From assembly GCF_963921235.1 (NCBI RefSeq), contig NC_086100.1:204602001-204666000 (forward strand): 64,000 nucleotides of DNA, written 5' to 3'. Of the stretch, positions 49,510-63,179 are shown piece after piece; the first letter of the stretch is position 1; the number at the start of each line of letters is the position of its first letter. Source of the stretch: Mobula hypostoma (taxonomy: Eukaryota). The notes under the pieces are model-generated. The model did no database searches. It was given only the letters and a program-made list of their open reading frames with translations, and was not told the DNA's origin. The position numbers were made by a program, and so were the translations under genes.

Positions 49510-50870
49510 TAGAACCACAGAACCTTAAAACACTACAGCACAGTACAGGTCCTTTGGCCCTCGATGTTGTGCCAACCCATATAATCCTTTAAAAATGTAC
49601 TAAACCCACACTACCCTGTAACCTTCTATATTTCTTTCATCCATGTACCTGCCCAAGAGGCTCTTAAATACCCCGAATGTTTTAGACTCCACCACCATCC
49701 CTGGCAAGTCATTCCAGGCACCCACAACCCTCTGTGTAAAAAACTTTCCCCTGTTGTCTCCCTTAAACGTCCCTCCCTTAACTTTGTGCATATGCCCTCT
49801 GGTGTTTGCTATTCGTTCCCTGGGAAACAGGTACTGGCTATCCAACCTATCTATGCCTCTCATAATCTTGTAGACCTCTATCAAGTTTCCTCTCATTCTT
49901 CTACGCTCCACAGAGAAAAATCCCAGCTCTGCTAACCTTGCCTGATAAGACTTGTTTTCCAATCCAGGCAACATCCTGGTAAATCTCCTCTGCATCCTCT
50001 CTATAGCTTCCACATCCTTCCTATAATGAAGTGACTAGAATTGAACACAATACTTTGAGTGTGGTTTCATCAGAGTTTTGTAGAGTTGCAACATGACATC
50101 TCTACTCTTGAACTCAATCCCCCTATTAATAAAGCCTAGCATCCCATAGGCTTTCTTAACTATCCTATCAACCTGTGCAGCGACCTTGAGGGATGTATGG
50201 ATTTGAAGCCCAAGGCCCCTCTGTTCATCCACACTCTAATGTCACCGACCATTTACCCTCTACTCAGCCCTCTGGTTTGTCCTTCCAAATTGCAACACCT
50301 CACACTTATTCCGATTGAACTCCATCTGCTATTTTTCTGCCAAACTTTGCATCCTGTCTATATCCTCTTGTAACCATCAACAACCTACAGCTCCATCCAC
50401 AACTCCTCCAATCTTCGTGTCATCCTTAAACTTACTCACCCATCCTTCCGCCTCTTCATCCAGATCATTTAGAAAAATCAAAAATAGCAGGGGTCCCAGA
50501 ACAGATCCCTGCGGCACTCCACTAGTCACTGACCTCCAGGCAGAATACTTTCCTTCCACAACTACCCTCTGCTTTCTTTCTTTAAGCCAACTATTTTATC
50601 CAAACAGACAAGGTTCCACTGATTCCATGCCTCATGACTTTCTGGATGAGTCTCTCGTGAGGGACCTTGTCAAATGCCTTGCTAAAATCCATGTAGACCA
50701 CATCTACTGCCCTACTCTCATCAATTTCTTTTGTTACCTCTTCGAAAAACTCAATTAGGCTCGTGCAGCACGATCTTCCCTTCACAAAGCCATGTTGACT
50801 GTCCTTGAGTAGACTGTACTTCTCCAAATGCTCATAGATCCTATCCTTGAGCATCTTTTCCAATACTTTG
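49510..50870 (-). mobile_element. CR1 LINE 3' half
   Basis: ORFs 50591..50863, 50377..50559, 50035..50232, 49600..50013. Confidence 0.92.
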
Positions 50871-51811
50871 CAGACTCTACGACACTTTCGTGACCCTGGT
50901 ACTCAGGATGCCACACACCAACCTATGTTCTCCTCTTCAGCCGCAGAATCTCGAATTTTCTGTCAAATACAGCCCCGCCCAATCTCTTCCTCCCCTGCTG
51001 AGCATCAGAGACACTCTCTGTGCCAGCATACTGGCTGTTGCTGTTGTGCCCTTCCTCAATCAGTACTGAAATAGTGCAATTGTTGTGAGTGGAGCAGCCA
51101 CTGGGGTCCCTGTTTTGACTGACATTTCCCCTTGTCTCTCCAGGTTGTCTCCAAACCTGCACCTTAGGTGTGTCCATCTCACCAATAATGTGGTCTCAAC
51201 ATCCCTAGACGATCCTTTGTCTGTCGACCTCCACCAACATATCAAGTGCCTTGATATTCTCTTCAGTCTTGCTCAGCAAAAACATTTCACCAGCAACATC
51301 ATAATTTAGCACTGTTGATTCTCTGTTAATTTCCATGCTTTGCATAATTATCAAGGCCCTTTTACAATTTCTACTTTCTAAACTTTCCTATTTCCAGCCA
51401 GAGATGTCGTGGCAGCTGTACTGCACTTCCAGGCCTGTGGTCCTGATTTCAAATCAGCAGGCTCCGAACTTGGGCAACAGCATTATATGCGCAGAAGAAA
51501 GGTCTGGAAATCTACATCCATATCTTGCCATGAAAACCCATGGACATCTGCACTATCCATAGAGTTGCCATAAGTTGACGACAAATGGACGGCACTGAAC
51601 AACAATCTTTCCTCTTGGTTTTTTTTTATTGTATTTGCAACATCTCTGATCATCCAATGTTCTCAAACCTTCCATCCCTGTGTTCCTCCCGCACAGAAAC
51701 AGTTTGAAGTCTGAAATACTTGTCTTAGTACAGGTGGAAGTTTTCCCAATGACTGCTCCTCACCATCTCTACTGTTCCGAGTTCCTGGCTATCATAGATC
51801 TCATTAGGCTG

Positions 51812-51812
<1 letters not shown>

Positions 51813-51846
<34 letters not shown>
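51813..51846 (+). repeat. (CA)n microsatellite at a decayed PLE terminus (to about 51932)
   Basis: Direct inspection; the following sequence resembles ggaggaactcag..gagacc..gact. Confidence 0.85.
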
Positions 51847-51848
<2 letters not shown>

Positions 51849-51946
51849 TCTGGAGGAACTCAGTAGACCACACAACATCGATGGAAAATAGTCTCTCATC
51901 CACGATTTGAAGCGAGACCTTTCACCGGGACTAGAAATAAAGATGA

Positions 51947-54110
51947 GAAACATAGAAACATAGGAACATAGAAAATAGGTGCAGGAGTAGGCCATTCGGC
52001 CCTTTGAGCCTGCACCGCCATTCAGTATGATCATGGCTGATCATCCAACTCAGAACCCTGTACCAGCCTTCCCCTCATACCCCCTCATCCCTTTAGCTAC
52101 AAGGGCCATATCTAACTACCTCTTAAATATAGCCAATGACCTGGCCTCAACTGTTTCCTGTGAATTCCACAGATTCACCACTTTCTGTGTGAAGAAGTTT
52201 TTCCTAATCTCGGTCCTAAAAGGCTTTCCCTTTATTCTCAAACTGTGACCCCTCGTTTTGGACTTCCCCAACATCGGGAACAGTCTTCCTGCATCCAGCC
52301 TGTCCAATCCCTTTAGGATTTTATAAGTTTCAATCAGATCCCCCCTCACTCTTCTAAGTTCCAACGAGTATAAGCCTAGTCGATCCAGTCTTTCATCATA
52401 TGAAAGTCCTGCCATCCCAGGAATCAATCTGGTGAACCTTCATTGTACTCCCTCTAAGGCAAGAATGTCTTTCCTCAGATTAGGGAACCAATACTGCACA
52501 CAATACTCCAGGTGTGGTCTCAGCAAGGCCTTGTACAACTGCAGTAGTACCTCCCTGCTCCTGTACTCGAATCCTCTTGCTATGAGTGCCAGCATACCAT
52601 ACGCCTTTTTCACCACCTGCTGTACCTGCATGCCCACTTTCAATGAATGGTGTATAATGACACCCAGGTCTCGTTGTACCTGCCCTTTTCCTAACCGGTC
52701 ACCATTCAGATAATAATCTGTTTTCCTGTTTTTGCCACCAAAGTGGATAACCTCACATTTATACACATTAAATTGCATCTGCCATGAATTTGCCCACTCA
52801 CGTAACCTATCCAAGTCACCCTGCATCCTCTTAGCATCCTCCTCACAGCTAACACTGCCGGCCAGCTTCATGTCATCCGCAGACTTGGAGATGCTGCATT
52901 TAATTACCTCATCTAAGTCATTAATATATATTGTAAACAACTGGGGTCCCAGCACTGAGGCTTGCGGTACCCCACCAGTCACTGCCTGCCATTCTGAAAA
53001 GGTCCCGTTTATTCCCACTCTTTGCTTCCTGTCTGCCAACCAATTCTCTATCCACATCAATACCTTACCCCCAATACTGTGTGCTTTAAGTTTACACGCT
53101 AATCTCCTATGTGGGACCTTGTCAAAATCCTTTTGAAATTCCAAATATACCACATCCACTCGTTCTCCCCTATCCACTCTATTAGTTACATCCTCAAAAA
53201 ATTCTATCAGATTCGTCAGACATGATTTTTCTTTCACAAATCCATGCTGACTTTGTCCGATGATTTCACCGCTTTCCAAATGTGCTGTTATCACATCTTT
53301 GATAACCGACTCTAGCATTTTCCGCACCACCGATGTCAGGCTAACCGGTCTATAATTCCCCGGTTTCTCTCTCCCTCTTTTTTTAAAAAGTGGGGTTACA
53401 TTTACCACCCTCCAATCCTCAGGAACTAGTCCAGAATCTAAAGAGTTTTGAAAAATTATCACTAATGCATCCACTATTTCTTGGGCTACTTCCTTAAGCA
53501 CTCTGGGATGCAGACCATCTGGCCCTGGGGATTTATCTGCCTTTAATCCCTTCAATTTACCTAACAGCACTTCCCTAATAACATGTATTTCCCCCAGTTC
53601 CTCCATATCACTGGACCCTCTGTCCCCTACTATTTCCAGAAGATTATTTATGTCCTCCTTAGTGAAGACAGAACCAAAGTAGTTATTCAATTGGTCTGCC
53701 ATGTCCTGGCTCCCCATAATCAATTCACCTGTTTCTGTCTGTAGGGGACCTACATTTGTCTTAACCAATCTTTTTCTTTTCACATATCTATAAAAGCTTT
53801 TACAGTCAGTTCTTATATTCCCTGCCAGTTTTCTCTCATAATCTTTTTTTCCCTTTCCTAATTAAGCCCTTTGTCCTCCTCTGCTGGACTCTGAATTTCT
53901 CCCAGTCCTCAGGTGAACCACTTTTTCTGGCGAATTTGTATGCTTCTTTGGAATTGATACTATCCTTAATTTCCCTTGTCAGCCACGGGTGCACTACCTT
54001 CTTTGATTTATTCTTTTGCCAAACTGGGATGAACAATTGTTGTAGTTCATCCATGCGATCTTTAAATGCTTGCCATTGCATATCCACTGTCAACCCTTTC
54101 AGTGTCATCT
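51947..54110 (-). mobile_element. Young 5'-truncated CR1 LINE (same family as 15798-20936)
   Basis: ORFs 53836..54108, 52440..53783, 52116..52427; (catagaaa)n tail. Confidence 0.95.
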
Positions 54111-54199
54111 GAAGATGAGGAGGAGGGAGTCAATGAAGAAGCCTTTGTCCCTCACCAGATGTCATCTACCTACCATAGAGAGTATCCCAACAGGATACC

Positions 54200-54614
54200 T
54201 TACGCCTTTTTCCCTGGAGCGTAGAAGAATGAGGGGAGATTTGATAGAGGTATATAAAATTATGATGGGTATAGATAGAGTGAATGCAAGCAGGCTTTTT
54301 CCACTGACGCAAGGGGAGAAAGAAACCAGAGGACATGGGTTAAGGGTCAGGGGGGAAAAGTTTAAAGGGAACATTAGGGGAGGCTTCTTCACACAGAGAT
54401 GGTGGGAGTATGGAATGAGCTGCCAGATGAGGTGGTAAATGCGGGTTCTTTTTTAACATTTAAGAATAAATTGGACAGATACATGGATGGGAGGTGTATG
54501 GAGGGATATGGTCCGTGTGCAGGTCAGTGGGACTAGGCAGAAAATGGTTCGGCACAGCCAAGAAGGGCCAAAAGGCCTGTTTCTGTACTGTAGTTTTCTA
54601 TGGTTTCTATGGTT
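54200..54614 (+). mobile_element. CR1 3' end
   Basis: FSLERRRMRGDLIEVYKIM; (tttctatgg)n tail. Confidence 0.9.
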
Positions 54615-55299
54615 TGTACGGCACCTGCTTTACTCATGACTGCAAGGAACTGCAGAGAGCTTTGGACAGCTGAGGATATCATGGAAACCAGTTTGGTCAC
54701 ATTAGACTGTGCCCGCACTTCCTGTTGCACTAGTAAAGCAGGCAGAATACCAAAAATCCTGGACATTCTTACTTTCCACCTGCGATGAAAGTTTAAAAAA
54801 ATGGAAGAGACTACAATTAGGCTCAGGTTTGGCTTCCATTCTGCTGTAAAAAACAAATTGAATGGTCCCCGGCGTTATAAGATTGACTTTAACCTCACAA
54901 TGTAACGTGCTACGGCATTGCACCATATGTTTACCTGCTCTTTAGTTTCTCCGCAACCATGATGCCTTGTTACACTCTGTTATTGTTTTACTTTATATCA
55001 CCTCAATGTCCTGTTGTGTTCTATTGATATGTATGGATGGTATGCTAAGCAGGATTTTCATTGCACCTCAGTACAGAAGAATAATACACAGATTTTCCAT
55101 TTGAATTGTGTGGAGGTAATAGACAGGTTGGGCCCAACATTAAAAAAAAACAAAAAACAAAAAAAAACTAAGGCACAAAGAGACTTGTCCATGCCTGTGC
55201 AAGTTCCTTATAGGTTAATATACAGGTTAATTGCTGTTCATATGACAAGCCATTCAACCGTGAAATCATTTTACTGAACAACCTTTGAAGCCGATACAG

Positions 55300-56810
55300 T
55301 TTCAGCACATTCCTTTCGAAGTTAAGAGGCCCAACCCTGCTCACAGCACAACAGGTGCGGCCTAATCAGTGCTTTATAAAGTTTTAACATTATATCCTTG
55401 CTTTTATGTTGTATTCCTCTTGAGATGAATGCTAACATCGCATTTGCCTTCCTCACCACAGACCCAACATGCAAATTAATTATTAGGGAATCCTGCACAA
55501 GGACCCCCAAGTACCTTTGCATCTCAGTTTTCTGTTGTATTTAGAAAATAGTTAACCCTTTCATTTCGTCTACCAAAGTGCATGACCAAACGCTTCTCGA
55601 CACTGTATTCCACTTCTTAGCCCAATTTTCTGATCTGTCTATGTCCTTCTGTAGCCTTTCAGATTCCTCAAAACTGCATTCCCCTCCACATATCTTCATA
55701 CTACCTGCAAACATTTCAACAAAGCCTCCAATTCCATCGTCCAAATCATTAACATATGACATAAAAGAGTCGGTCCCAACACAGACCATTGTGCAAAATC
55801 ACTAGTCACTGGAAGAAATCAGAAAAGGTTTCTTTTATTCCCATGCTTTGCCCCATTCCAATCAACCACCGCTTTATCCATGTCAGAATCTTTCTTGTAA
55901 TACCATGATCTTGTAGCTTGATAAGCAACCTTATGTGTGGCAGCGTAACAAAGACCTTCTGAAAATCCAAATACACAGCATCAACCGATTCTCCTTTGTC
56001 TATCATGCTTGCTATTTCTTTAAAGGATTTCATCAGATTTGTCAGGCAAGATTTTCCCTTGAGGAAATCCAGCCGACTACGGCCTATTTTATGACGGGTC
56101 TCCAAGTACCCTGAGACCACATCCTTGAGAATGACTCCAATATCTTCCCAACTACTGAGGTCAGTCAAACAGGCATATGGGTTCTCTTCTGCCCCCTTAT
56201 TTTCTTGAACAGTGAAGTAACATTTGCAGTTTTCCAGTCTTCTGGAACCATTACAGAAGCTAGTGATTCTGTGAAAGAACATTATTAATCTACTCAACCA
56301 CCGCTTTTAGAATTCTGGGGTACACACCGTCGAGTCCAGGTGACATAACTAACATCAGACCTTTCAGTATCCCGAGAAACCTCTCTCTAGTTATGGTAAC
56401 TTCATGCACTTGATGCCCCCTGACACCTGGAACTTCCAACATACTACCAGTGTCTTCCTCCATGAAGAGTGGTGCAAAATACTTACCAGTTCGTCCGCCA
56501 TTCCTTCTCCCCATTTACTACATCACCAGTAACGTTTTGCAGCGTCCTGATATCCAGTCGTGCCTCTCTTTTACATTTAATATATCTGAGGAAACGTTTA
56601 GAAACCTCTTTAATATTATTTGCTCGTTTACTTTGGTATTCTACCTTTACTTTTTAAAAAAGTTTTGTTGCCCTCTGTTTGTTTTACAACCTTACCAATC
56701 CTCCAACTTCCCACAAATTAATGATCTGCTGTCATCCCATAACTTCCAATCAATTTTGGCCAGTTCCCCTCTCATGCCTCTGTAATTCCACGTACACCAC
56801 TGTAATGCTA
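55300..56810 (-). mobile_element. Old CR1 RT region
   Basis: FLKGKSCLTNL, VYLDFQK, KANAMLAFISRG. Confidence 0.85.
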
Positions 56811-57122
56811 GTACTTCTGCAGTATCGATTTGTCTGCCTTTACCTTCTCCTTCTTGTGTTTCTATTTGAATCCCACCAGCTGACAGCAGAGGACAGTGAG
56901 AGGGACTTTCCAAACACGGATTGAACACTAAACCCTGGATTTACTCTCTGCAAACACGGAAATGTCCATTAACCCACAGCCTCTCACTGTGAGGGAAGGG
57001 ATCTTATTCTCCTCTTTGCTTCCAAAGGAACTCCAGAACCAAACATCTGAGCACAGAACATTATTACTAAAACATCACCTCATACGCCTGGGCAGCTTGA
57101 AAGACAGGTCCATTATATTTGA

Positions 57123-57710
57123 GCAACACACATCAAAGTTGCTGGTGAACGCAGCAGGCCAGGCAGCATCTCTAGGAAGAGGTATAGTCGATGTTTCAGG
57201 CCGAGACCCTTCGTCAGGACTAACTGAAGGAAGAGCTAGTAAGAGATTTGAAAGTGGGAGGAGGAGGGGGAGATCCAAAATGATAGAAGAAAGCAGGAGG
57301 GGGAGGGATGGAGCCAATAGCTGAACAGGAGATTGGCAAAAGGGATATGAGAAGATCATGGGACAGGAGGCCCAGGGAGAAGGAAAAGGGGGGGGAACCC
57401 AGAGGATGGGCAAGGGGTATAGTGAGAGGGACAGAGGGAGAAGAATGAGAGAGAGAGAAGGAATGTGTGTATAAAAATAAATAATAGATGGGGTACGAGG
57501 GGGAGGTGGGGCATTAGCGGAAGTCAGTGTTCATGCCATCTGGTTGGAGGCTACCCAGATGGAATATAAGGTGTTGTTCCTCCAACCTGAGTGTGGCTTC
57601 ATCTTTATAGTGAAGGAGGCCGTGGATAGACATATCAGAATGGGAATGAGATGTGGAATTAAAATGTGTGACCACTGGGAGATCCTGCTTTCTCTGGCGG
57701 ACAGAGCGTC
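57123..57710 (-). mobile_element. PLE 3' fragment with terminus
   Basis: Closely similar to 33505-34095. Confidence 0.92.
57186..57221 (-). ncRNA. Minimal hammerhead ribozyme (AUC cleavage-triplet variant)
   Basis: AGUCCUGACGAAGGGUCUCGGCCUGAAACAUCGACU. Confidence 0.7.
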
Positions 57711-58492
57711 CATTATACTTGTGTCAAAGCCTGCGTGGTATCCCAGGGCCCGTCCTCACAGGGTTCCAACCCACCCCAAGAGGTTCGCATATCTTCTCCC
57801 TGCCTCACATGGGATAGTGTTATCAGAATTCCCTTCAACCCGTGCCTACCTATCCGAAACGTCTACTTCATTGCGGAAGGAGGTATGTCCAGTGGCATCT
57901 GTAGAAGCAATAAGCTCGGGCGAACACCAAACACTGGAAATTCCATATTCCTGGACTCCCCATCCCAGGATTACAACGAATGTGCCAGCACTCCCAGGAC
58001 TCTTTACTGCCGCTAATGTGCCGCAGTGTTTCAGGTATTCCCAGTTCGAAAAAGTAACACTCCTACACCAACCCATGACAGAATTGTAACCTGAGGAACC
58101 GGTGTCTGGACAGGGATCGGACTGGCTTCCACACCGTGGTTCACAAAATGGCCCCGGATACATTTCAGCTTGTCTCCACAGATAAATTGGGCACATCGTT
58201 GTTTATTTTATTGTTGAATGGGATCTACACCAAGTCAGTTAGCCGCCACATTTCCCGTAGTGGAACAGGAACAATATATTTTAATATTAAATAGTAAATA
58301 TAGCCCTGGAAACAGAGTATAGAGATTTTTCTTTTTTTTTGATTCACAAATAGTGACTGATTTCAAGACGTTTCTGACATTCTAAAATGCTTTGCATAAA
58401 CACAATCTCAACATTCATTAGTCAACTGTTCAATCCAGCACAGACATCATATATTCCAAACAGTAAGTGCTCAAAGCATCCTCCAATCCAAT

Positions 58493-58685
58493 GTGGTTGG
58501 TGCGTGGAATGCACTGCCTGAGTCAGTGGTGGAGGCAGATACACTAGTGAAGTTTAAGAGACTACTAGACAGGTATATGGAGGAATTTAAGGTGGGGGCT
58601 TATATGGGAGGCAAGGTTTGAGGGTCGGCACAACATTGTTAGCCGAAGGGCCTGTACTGTGCTGTACTATTCTATTTCTATGTTC
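58493..58685 (+). mobile_element. CR1 3' end
   Basis: Closely similar to 9608-9800. Confidence 0.9.
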
Positions 58686-59330
58686 ATAACACTTTGGCCA
58701 GCGTGGACGCCCTGTGATCCTTGGTAGGAAAAGCTTTCGCATATCTCGTGTAATGACCAATGCATCCGACATGTTGCTGGCATCTGGCTCTATTGATAGG
58801 AAGTCCATACACACCAGGTCAATCTCTGCAAGTGGGACAATGGAGCGGCTTTCTTAGGGAGCGTCTTCTTCGGTATACATCCAATGCACGACCTGCCTTA
58901 GTCTTCGACCTCCGGCTTCATTAGGGGCCAGTAGAACCAATCTCTCAGCAATCCACATTCTTTTCAACCCCAAATGTCCAGATTTATCATGAAGTGACTT
59001 CAACACAATCCTCCGATCCTTCTGAGGCAGAACTAGCTGGGAACGCCGAGGTCGGTCCTGAGGCGAAGTGGCCCGGTATAGTATCTGGTTCCTCAACTCC
59101 AATCTGGGCTATTCTCTCAGTAATTGAGACACCATATCGTGTTTTGTCCTCACCGCTTGGGCCTTGTGTCCTTTTTCGACCTCTGACAAAATGGTACCGA
59201 TGCCCTGGTCATCTCACTGAGTTGCTGCCATTTCCCCAGGACTCCATCCTGCAACTTCAGAACAGTCAGTTTATAGTAAGCTTGCGGAATGGCGTCATCG
59301 GAAGCTCCCAATTGATCTACCGCTCGATCC
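58686..59330 (-). mobile_element. Gypsy pol fragment (pre-integrase region, zinc finger and start of integrase core)
   Basis: QLVLP..R.IVLKSLHD.SGHLG; LVCMDFLSIEPD. Confidence 0.85.
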
Positions 59331-59494
59331 TGTCCTTGCCCTTCGGCTGCCTTCACCCTGATGGCAAACTGACATATTGCTTTCACTCCCACCTTCCCTC
59401 CACCCCCCCGCTGGGCAGGAACGTTCTCCCACTTTTCGTCCCTGTACATGCAGTCATGCTGTCATGCGCACGACGGTACAAAGCATCAGATCTA

Positions 59495-61025
59495 ATGTTC
59501 CTTTTAAATAGCATTAAGGTGGATAAACCCCAGGGCCTGAGGGGATACACCACCACATTATTGACAGAGGCAAGTGAAGAGATTGCTGCGGCCTTGGACA
59601 ATACCTTTGTGCCCTCCCTTGACACTGGCGAGGTCCTGGAGGACTGGTGAGTAGCCAATGTTCATCTATTATTCAAGAGGGGAACCATGGATAATCCTGG
59701 AAGTTATAGACCATCAGTGGTAGGGATAGAATTTATGAGTGTTTGTAAAACCATAGCTTTATTTGGGGGAGCCAGGATGGCTTTGTTTGGAGCAGATTGT
59801 GTCTTACTAACTTGATTGGTTTTATTCATATAGTGATGAGGATGCTTGATGAAGGTTGAGCTCTGGATGTTGTTTTCATACATTTTTGTGAGGTCATTGA
59901 CAATGTCCCACATGGGAGGCTCATCCAAAAGGTTAAGATGTACGGGATCCATGGTGAATTTAATTCAGAACTGGGTTACCCATTGAAGAGAAAGGGTGGT
60001 GGTTGAAGGGAGCTATTCAAACTGGAGGTCTGGGTTAGTGCTGTTCTGTGGGGATCTTAACAGGGACCTCTGCCATCTGTGATGTATGTAAACAACTGGA
60101 TGAAACTGTCCATGGGGGTGGATGGAATAGATGATAGTCAAAGAACACAGTGAGATATCCTGTAAATTAGCTTCAGATATGGGCAGCGAAATGGCAGATG
60201 GAGCTTAACCTGGTCAAATGTGAAGTGTTGCACCTCAGCAGGTCAAATGTAAACAGACAGTACACTATTAAATGCAACAGTGGTGATCAGCAGGGGGATC
60301 TTGGAGTCCAATTTCATCACTCCCTGAACGTGGCTACACAGATTGACAAGGTGTTAAGAAGTCAAATGGCGTGCTTGCCTTTGTGAGTCGAGGCATTGTG
60401 TTCAAAAGTCAGGAAGTTATGTTGCAACTTATAAAACTCTAGTTGGACGACATCTGGAATATTTCATAGAGTTCCAGTCACCCCATTCTAGGAAGAATGT
60501 CAAAGAGTTGAAGAGAGTGCAAAAGAAGTTTATGAGGATGCTGCCTGGATTAGAGGGCCTGTGGTTGGACAAACTGGTTGTTTTCTCTGGAGCGGTGGAG
60601 ACTGAGAGGAAATCTGATAGAGGTTTATAAGATTATGAGGAGTATAGATAGAGTAGGAGGACAGTATCTCTTTTGAGGGGTTGGAATGTCTGATACCAGA
60701 GGGAGAGAGGGGGTAAGTTCAAAGGAGAAAGGCAACCTCTGTGTGAAAGGCAAGTTCTTTTACACAGATTAGTTGGTGCCTGGAATGAGCACCTGGGGTT
60801 TGGTAGAGACAGGTACTGTATAGTAGGGACATTTCACAGACTCTTAGACAGGCACATGAATGTGAGGAAAATGAAGGGATTATGGATATTGTGTCTGCAT
60901 AATGGATTAGTTTAGTCAGCCATTTGATTATTAATTCACTTGGCCACTTTCAGGGATCTAAGAACACTGAGGGCCGAACTATTCTTCCTGTGCTGTACTG
61001 ATCTATGTTCTATGCCTATGTTCTG
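59495..61025 (+). mobile_element. Old CR1 RT to 3' tail
   Basis: IKVDKP.G, EEIAAAL, WQMELN.VKCEVLH; ctatgtt tail. Confidence 0.8.
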
Positions 61026-61489
61026 TAACAATGTTCAGTCACAATGTTTCATGTTTCGGCCCTTCTAGTCAATGCCGACCTGATTTTATTTTTACTGCCT
61101 ATTTCCAACTACCTGCACCATAGCCTCCATACGTCTCCCATCCATGTCCTCAGCCAAATTTCTCTTTAGTGTCTAAATCGAACCCACATCCACCACTTCC
61201 GTTGGCAGCTCATTCCACTCTCCCACCAATCTCTCAGTGAAGAATATCCCTTCATATTCCCACAAAATATTTCACCTTTCACCCTGAACTTATGTCCAAT
61301 GTGAGGGTGAGAGGGAAGATGGGATGGAAAGGGAAGGCAGTAAGGAGGGAGCGAGGCTGATTGGGGACAAGGAAACAGCGGGGAGTGTTTATACATACTG
61401 TTTATCAAAAACGCAATTGTTTGAACTTACTTGCTACAAATGTACAATCCATACCCTGTACATTCTCAGCCAAATTACTGATTACAGAT

Positions 61490-61695
61490 GACAAGTAACA
61501 TGAAGAGCAGTGTGAGCTGCCTTAATGACTATCATCCAGTGGCTCTCACATCTCTGGTGATGAAATGTGAAGGGTTTGTCATGGTGAGAATGAACTCCTG
61601 CCTCAGCAAGGACCTGGGCCCACTGCAATTTGCCCATCACAATAGGTCTACGGCAGATGTGATCGCAATGGCTCTTCACATGGCCTGAGATCACC
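61490..61695 (+). mobile_element. Rex1/Babar RT fragment
   Basis: CLNDYHPVALTSLVMKCE..PLQFA..NRSTAD. Confidence 0.8.
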
Positions 61696-62029
61696 AAAAT
61701 GCTCTACTAAACAACTGACAATTGCAACCTCACCAACTGCTCACATGAGACTAATGTCTATATCCGTGACGCAGGAAATCACATCACTGTCACTCTCCTG
61801 ATGCCGTGTTTGACTTCCTCACCTCTGGGTATCCTCCCTCACCAAACCTCTTCCTCAGTCACCATCTGTGAGATTATATATAAAGAAATTAAAACGATCT
61901 ATCAGACAGCTCCTGTACCCCTCCACCCGTGACCATGCTTCGCTGGTTAAATCTCTCCCTTCTCAGTCCCTTCCTTTTTCGCTTTCCCATTGTAACTACA
62001 GATATGCCAACAGATCCGAATCCACTGTA

Positions 62030-63165
62030 CAAACCCGTGAACACGAGGAAATCTGCAGATGCTCGAATTTCAAACAACACACGTAAAAGTTGCTGGTGAA
62101 CACAGCAGGCCGGGCAGCATCTCTAGGAAGAGGTACAGTCAACGTTTCAGGCCGAGACCCTTCGTCAGGACTAACTGAAAGAAGACATAGTAAGAGATTT
62201 GAAAGTGGGAGGGGGTGGGGAGATCCAAAATGATAGGAGAAGACAGGAGGGGGAGGGATGGAGCCAAGAGATGGACAGTTGATTGGCAAAAGGGATATGA
62301 GAGGGTTATGGGACAGGAGACCTAGGGAGAAAGAAAAGGGGGTGGGGGAATACAGAGGATGGGCAAGGGGTATAGTGAGAGGGACAGAGGGAGAAAAAGG
62401 AGAGATAGCAAAAAAGAATGTGTGCATATAAATAAATAAATACCGGATTGGGTACGAGGGGGAGGTGGAGCATTAGCGAAAGTTAGAGAAGTCAATGTTC
62501 ATGCCATCAGGTTGGAGGCTACCCAGACAGAATATAAGGTGTTGTTCCTCCAACCTGAGTGTGACTTCATCTTGACAACAGAGGAGGCCGTGGATAGACA
62601 TATCAGAATGGGAACGCGACGTGGAATTAAAATGTGTGGCCACTGGGAGATCCTGCTTTCTCTGGCAGACAGAGCGTAGGTGTTCAGCGAAACGGTCTCC
62701 CGGTCTGCGTCTGGTCTCACCAATATATAGAAGGCCACACCGGGAGCAACGGATGCAGTATATCACCCCAGCCGACTCACAGGTGAAGTGTCGCCTCACC
62801 TGTTAGGACTGTCTGGGGCCCTGAATGGTAGTGAGGGAGGAAGTGTAAGGGCATGTGTAGCATTTGTTCCGCTTACAAGGATAAGTGCCAGTAGGGAGAG
62901 CTGTGGGGAGGGATGGGGGGATGGTGGGAACGAATGGACAAGGGAGTCGCGTAGGGAGCGATCCCTGCGGAAAGCAGAGAGAGGTGGGGAGGGAAAGATG
63001 TGCTTAGTGGTGGGATCCCGTTGGAGGTGTTGAAAGTTACGGAGAATTATATGTTGGACCCGGAGGCTGGTAGGTGTGGACAAGCGGAACTCTATTCCTA
63101 GTGGGCTGGAGGCAGGATGGAGTGAGAGCAGATGTGCGTGAAATGGGGGAGATGTGTTTGAGTGC
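62030..63165 (-). mobile_element. PLE 3' portion (GIY-YIG) with full terminus
   Basis: ORF 62473..62799 VIYCIRCSRCGLLYIGET. Confidence 0.93.
62137..62172 (-). ncRNA. Minimal hammerhead ribozyme (GUU triplet)
   Basis: AGUCCUGACGAAGGGUCUCGGCCUGAAACGUUGACU. Confidence 0.75.
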
Positions 63166-63179
63166 GTGAAATGGGGGGA

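Noticed and set aside
51480..51605. Possible RTE-related SINE tail
   Set aside because: Too short and degenerate to call without a database search
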